Source of the DNA: Penicillus capitatus
Taxonomy: Eukaryota; Plantae; Chlorophyta
NCBI GenBank assembly: GCA_965649825.1
Contig: OZ287704.1
Location: 112,101-176,100, forward strand
DNA: 64,000 nucleotides
Reading direction: 5' to 3'
The notes beneath the pieces were generated by a model. It was not told the DNA's origin, made no database searches, and worked only from the letters and a program-made list of their open reading frames with translations. Made by a program: the position numbers and the translations under genes. Below are positions 62,500 through 64,000 of the stretch, one piece after another. Position 1 is the first letter of the stretch, and every line of letters begins with the position of its first letter.

Positions 62500-64000
62500 A
62501 TGGACTCCCTGCTTCGCACCGTGCAATTGGCTTTGAAGCGGCCTTCAGAGATGTCGATTGGTCAAGCAGCTATGCTATGTCTCATTCTCACACTTTCAGT
62601 CATTCACGTCGCCACAGGTCATCGAATAAAATCGACCATTCCAGATCTATATTCGCTGTGCAGTTGTATGGACAACTGACTGACTGTAGGCGAACAACGT
62701 AGACTGCATCAGCAGCAGGGGAGAAGGCAGTGTGTGATGTCCGAGCGGCAGCTGCAAGAAGCCCTAAGCCAGGCAGAACGAGGAAGCACCATCTGTCTTG
62801 ATGCGATTGCCGTGACTTTGACACATCCCCTCGTCGTCAACGTACCCAATGTGACAATTGAGGGCAGCGCCGAGTCGAGGACCACCATCCGTTGCCCTGA
62901 AAACGGCAGCAGCGGTGCCTTTGTCATCAGGCACGTCTTGAGATCACAGATCTGGTAAGGAATGATGGTGCAGGGAAGAGGGGACGCTCATAAGGTCACT
63001 TAACATCACGTTCTGCAGAAAGCACTCGGCTGTGACGATCGAAGCGGATACATCGGGGCCCAGTAGAAAGATGGAGGTCACATTCGAAGACGTGCATTTC
63101 CTCCGAAACGGCAGACGCAATGAACACATCTTTGGTGCAGCTGTTCGATCAAGCGCCTGTCTGAACAGTCCTTGTCCAAAACGTCTCCTGCGATTCATCT
63201 CCTGTCACTTCTCGGAGAACACATCCTTACAAGGAGGCGCCATCTTTGCGGAGAATGCAGATGTCGAGATCGCGAATTGTGTCTTCGTGCACAACCGAGC
63301 GATGCTGAATGGAGGTGCCCTCTGTGTCCGTCACTCTCAGAGTGCCACTCTCAACATCGTCGATTCGGATTTCGATGGAAATGAAGCACAGTGGGACGAT
63401 ACGCCGTCTTATCTCCAAAACCTCGATCTGCTGGACACCCTGAATCAAACTTTGAGCAGTGTTGGGGCGGGAGGCGCCATCTTTGCAGAGAACCCCGCTG
63501 CCGCTTCGATTGGCCGATCTGTCTTTGCGAACAATACCGGGTGCCAAGGGGGAGGGGCTATTGCCGTTGTCCATGGTGGCATCTTACCTGAACAGAATAG
63601 CACCTATTCCTTGCGCATTCACGATTCCCTCTTCGACGACAATGCTGCCTTCTGTGGCAAACCGACCGATGGTCTGGAAATCGTTTTGGGAAGAATGGAA
63701 GTACGGGGAGGGGGTTCTCTGTTTTACAATTCTCTTGACGAGACGTTGATTGCATGGGACATCCGAAACACATCATTCGAGCGAAACTGGGCCAATCTGG
63801 GCGGCGCTCTGTTTTTTCAGTCCTTCCAACCATCAGCTGCGCAGCATACCATAACCAACTGCTCCTTTTCAGAGAACATTGGATTACGAGCAGGCGGCTC
63901 GTTGATGGCATTGGGCAGTCGGGTTCTCATCAAGAGCAATCGGATTACACAGAGTCGGTCGACTTTTGGCGGCGGGATCTGTTTATGGAACAAGGCTTGT
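62500..64000 (+). CDS. Pmp-repeat cell-surface receptor-like protein, paralog 5; runs off the window
   Basis: Hydrophobic leader (AMLCLILTLSVIHVAT). A GC-AG intron at 62931-62973 sits at the family-conserved AF/LxIR position. The frame is then open to 64000 with FSENTSLQGGAIF, FVHNRAMLNGGAL, FANNTGCQGGGAIA, FERNWANLGGALF. Confidence 0.85.

Noticed and set aside
1-64000. Alternative nuclear code (TAA/TAG = Gln), known in some ulvophytes
   Set aside because: Long conserved exons contain no in-frame TAA/TAG, and several genes end at TAA or TAG at plausible C-termini.

Overview
This is eukaryotic nuclear DNA, not prokaryotic. Genes are split by many very short introns (about 43-73 nt; GT-AG plus several GC-AG), the standard genetic code fits the long exons, and TGTAA motifs lie downstream of several stop codons. 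This points to a chlorophyte green alga; a siphonous/ulvophycean-type lineage is a tentative guess. Most six-frame ORFs are exon fragments or antisense shadows. Main content: five paralogous large cell-surface receptor-like genes (signal peptide, Pmp-type GGA(I/L/V)/FxxN beta-helix repeats, Cys-rich stalk, about 8-9 TM segments; three complete, two cut by the window edges) and a predicted secreted ankyrin protein built from one 99-nt exon per repeat. There are also housekeeping-type genes (FCP1/NIF HAD phosphatase, CPBP protease, ankyrin-RCC1 protein, two HISN7/IMPase paralogs, an IQ-C2-LNS2 protein) and a small secreted beta-rich protein. A roughly 14 kb island (about 45.5-59.5 kb) holds minisatellite arrays, long pyrimidine-rich tracts and decayed intron-containing minus-strand genes, probably transposon-derived. 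Splice models were parsed by eye and no database searches were run.
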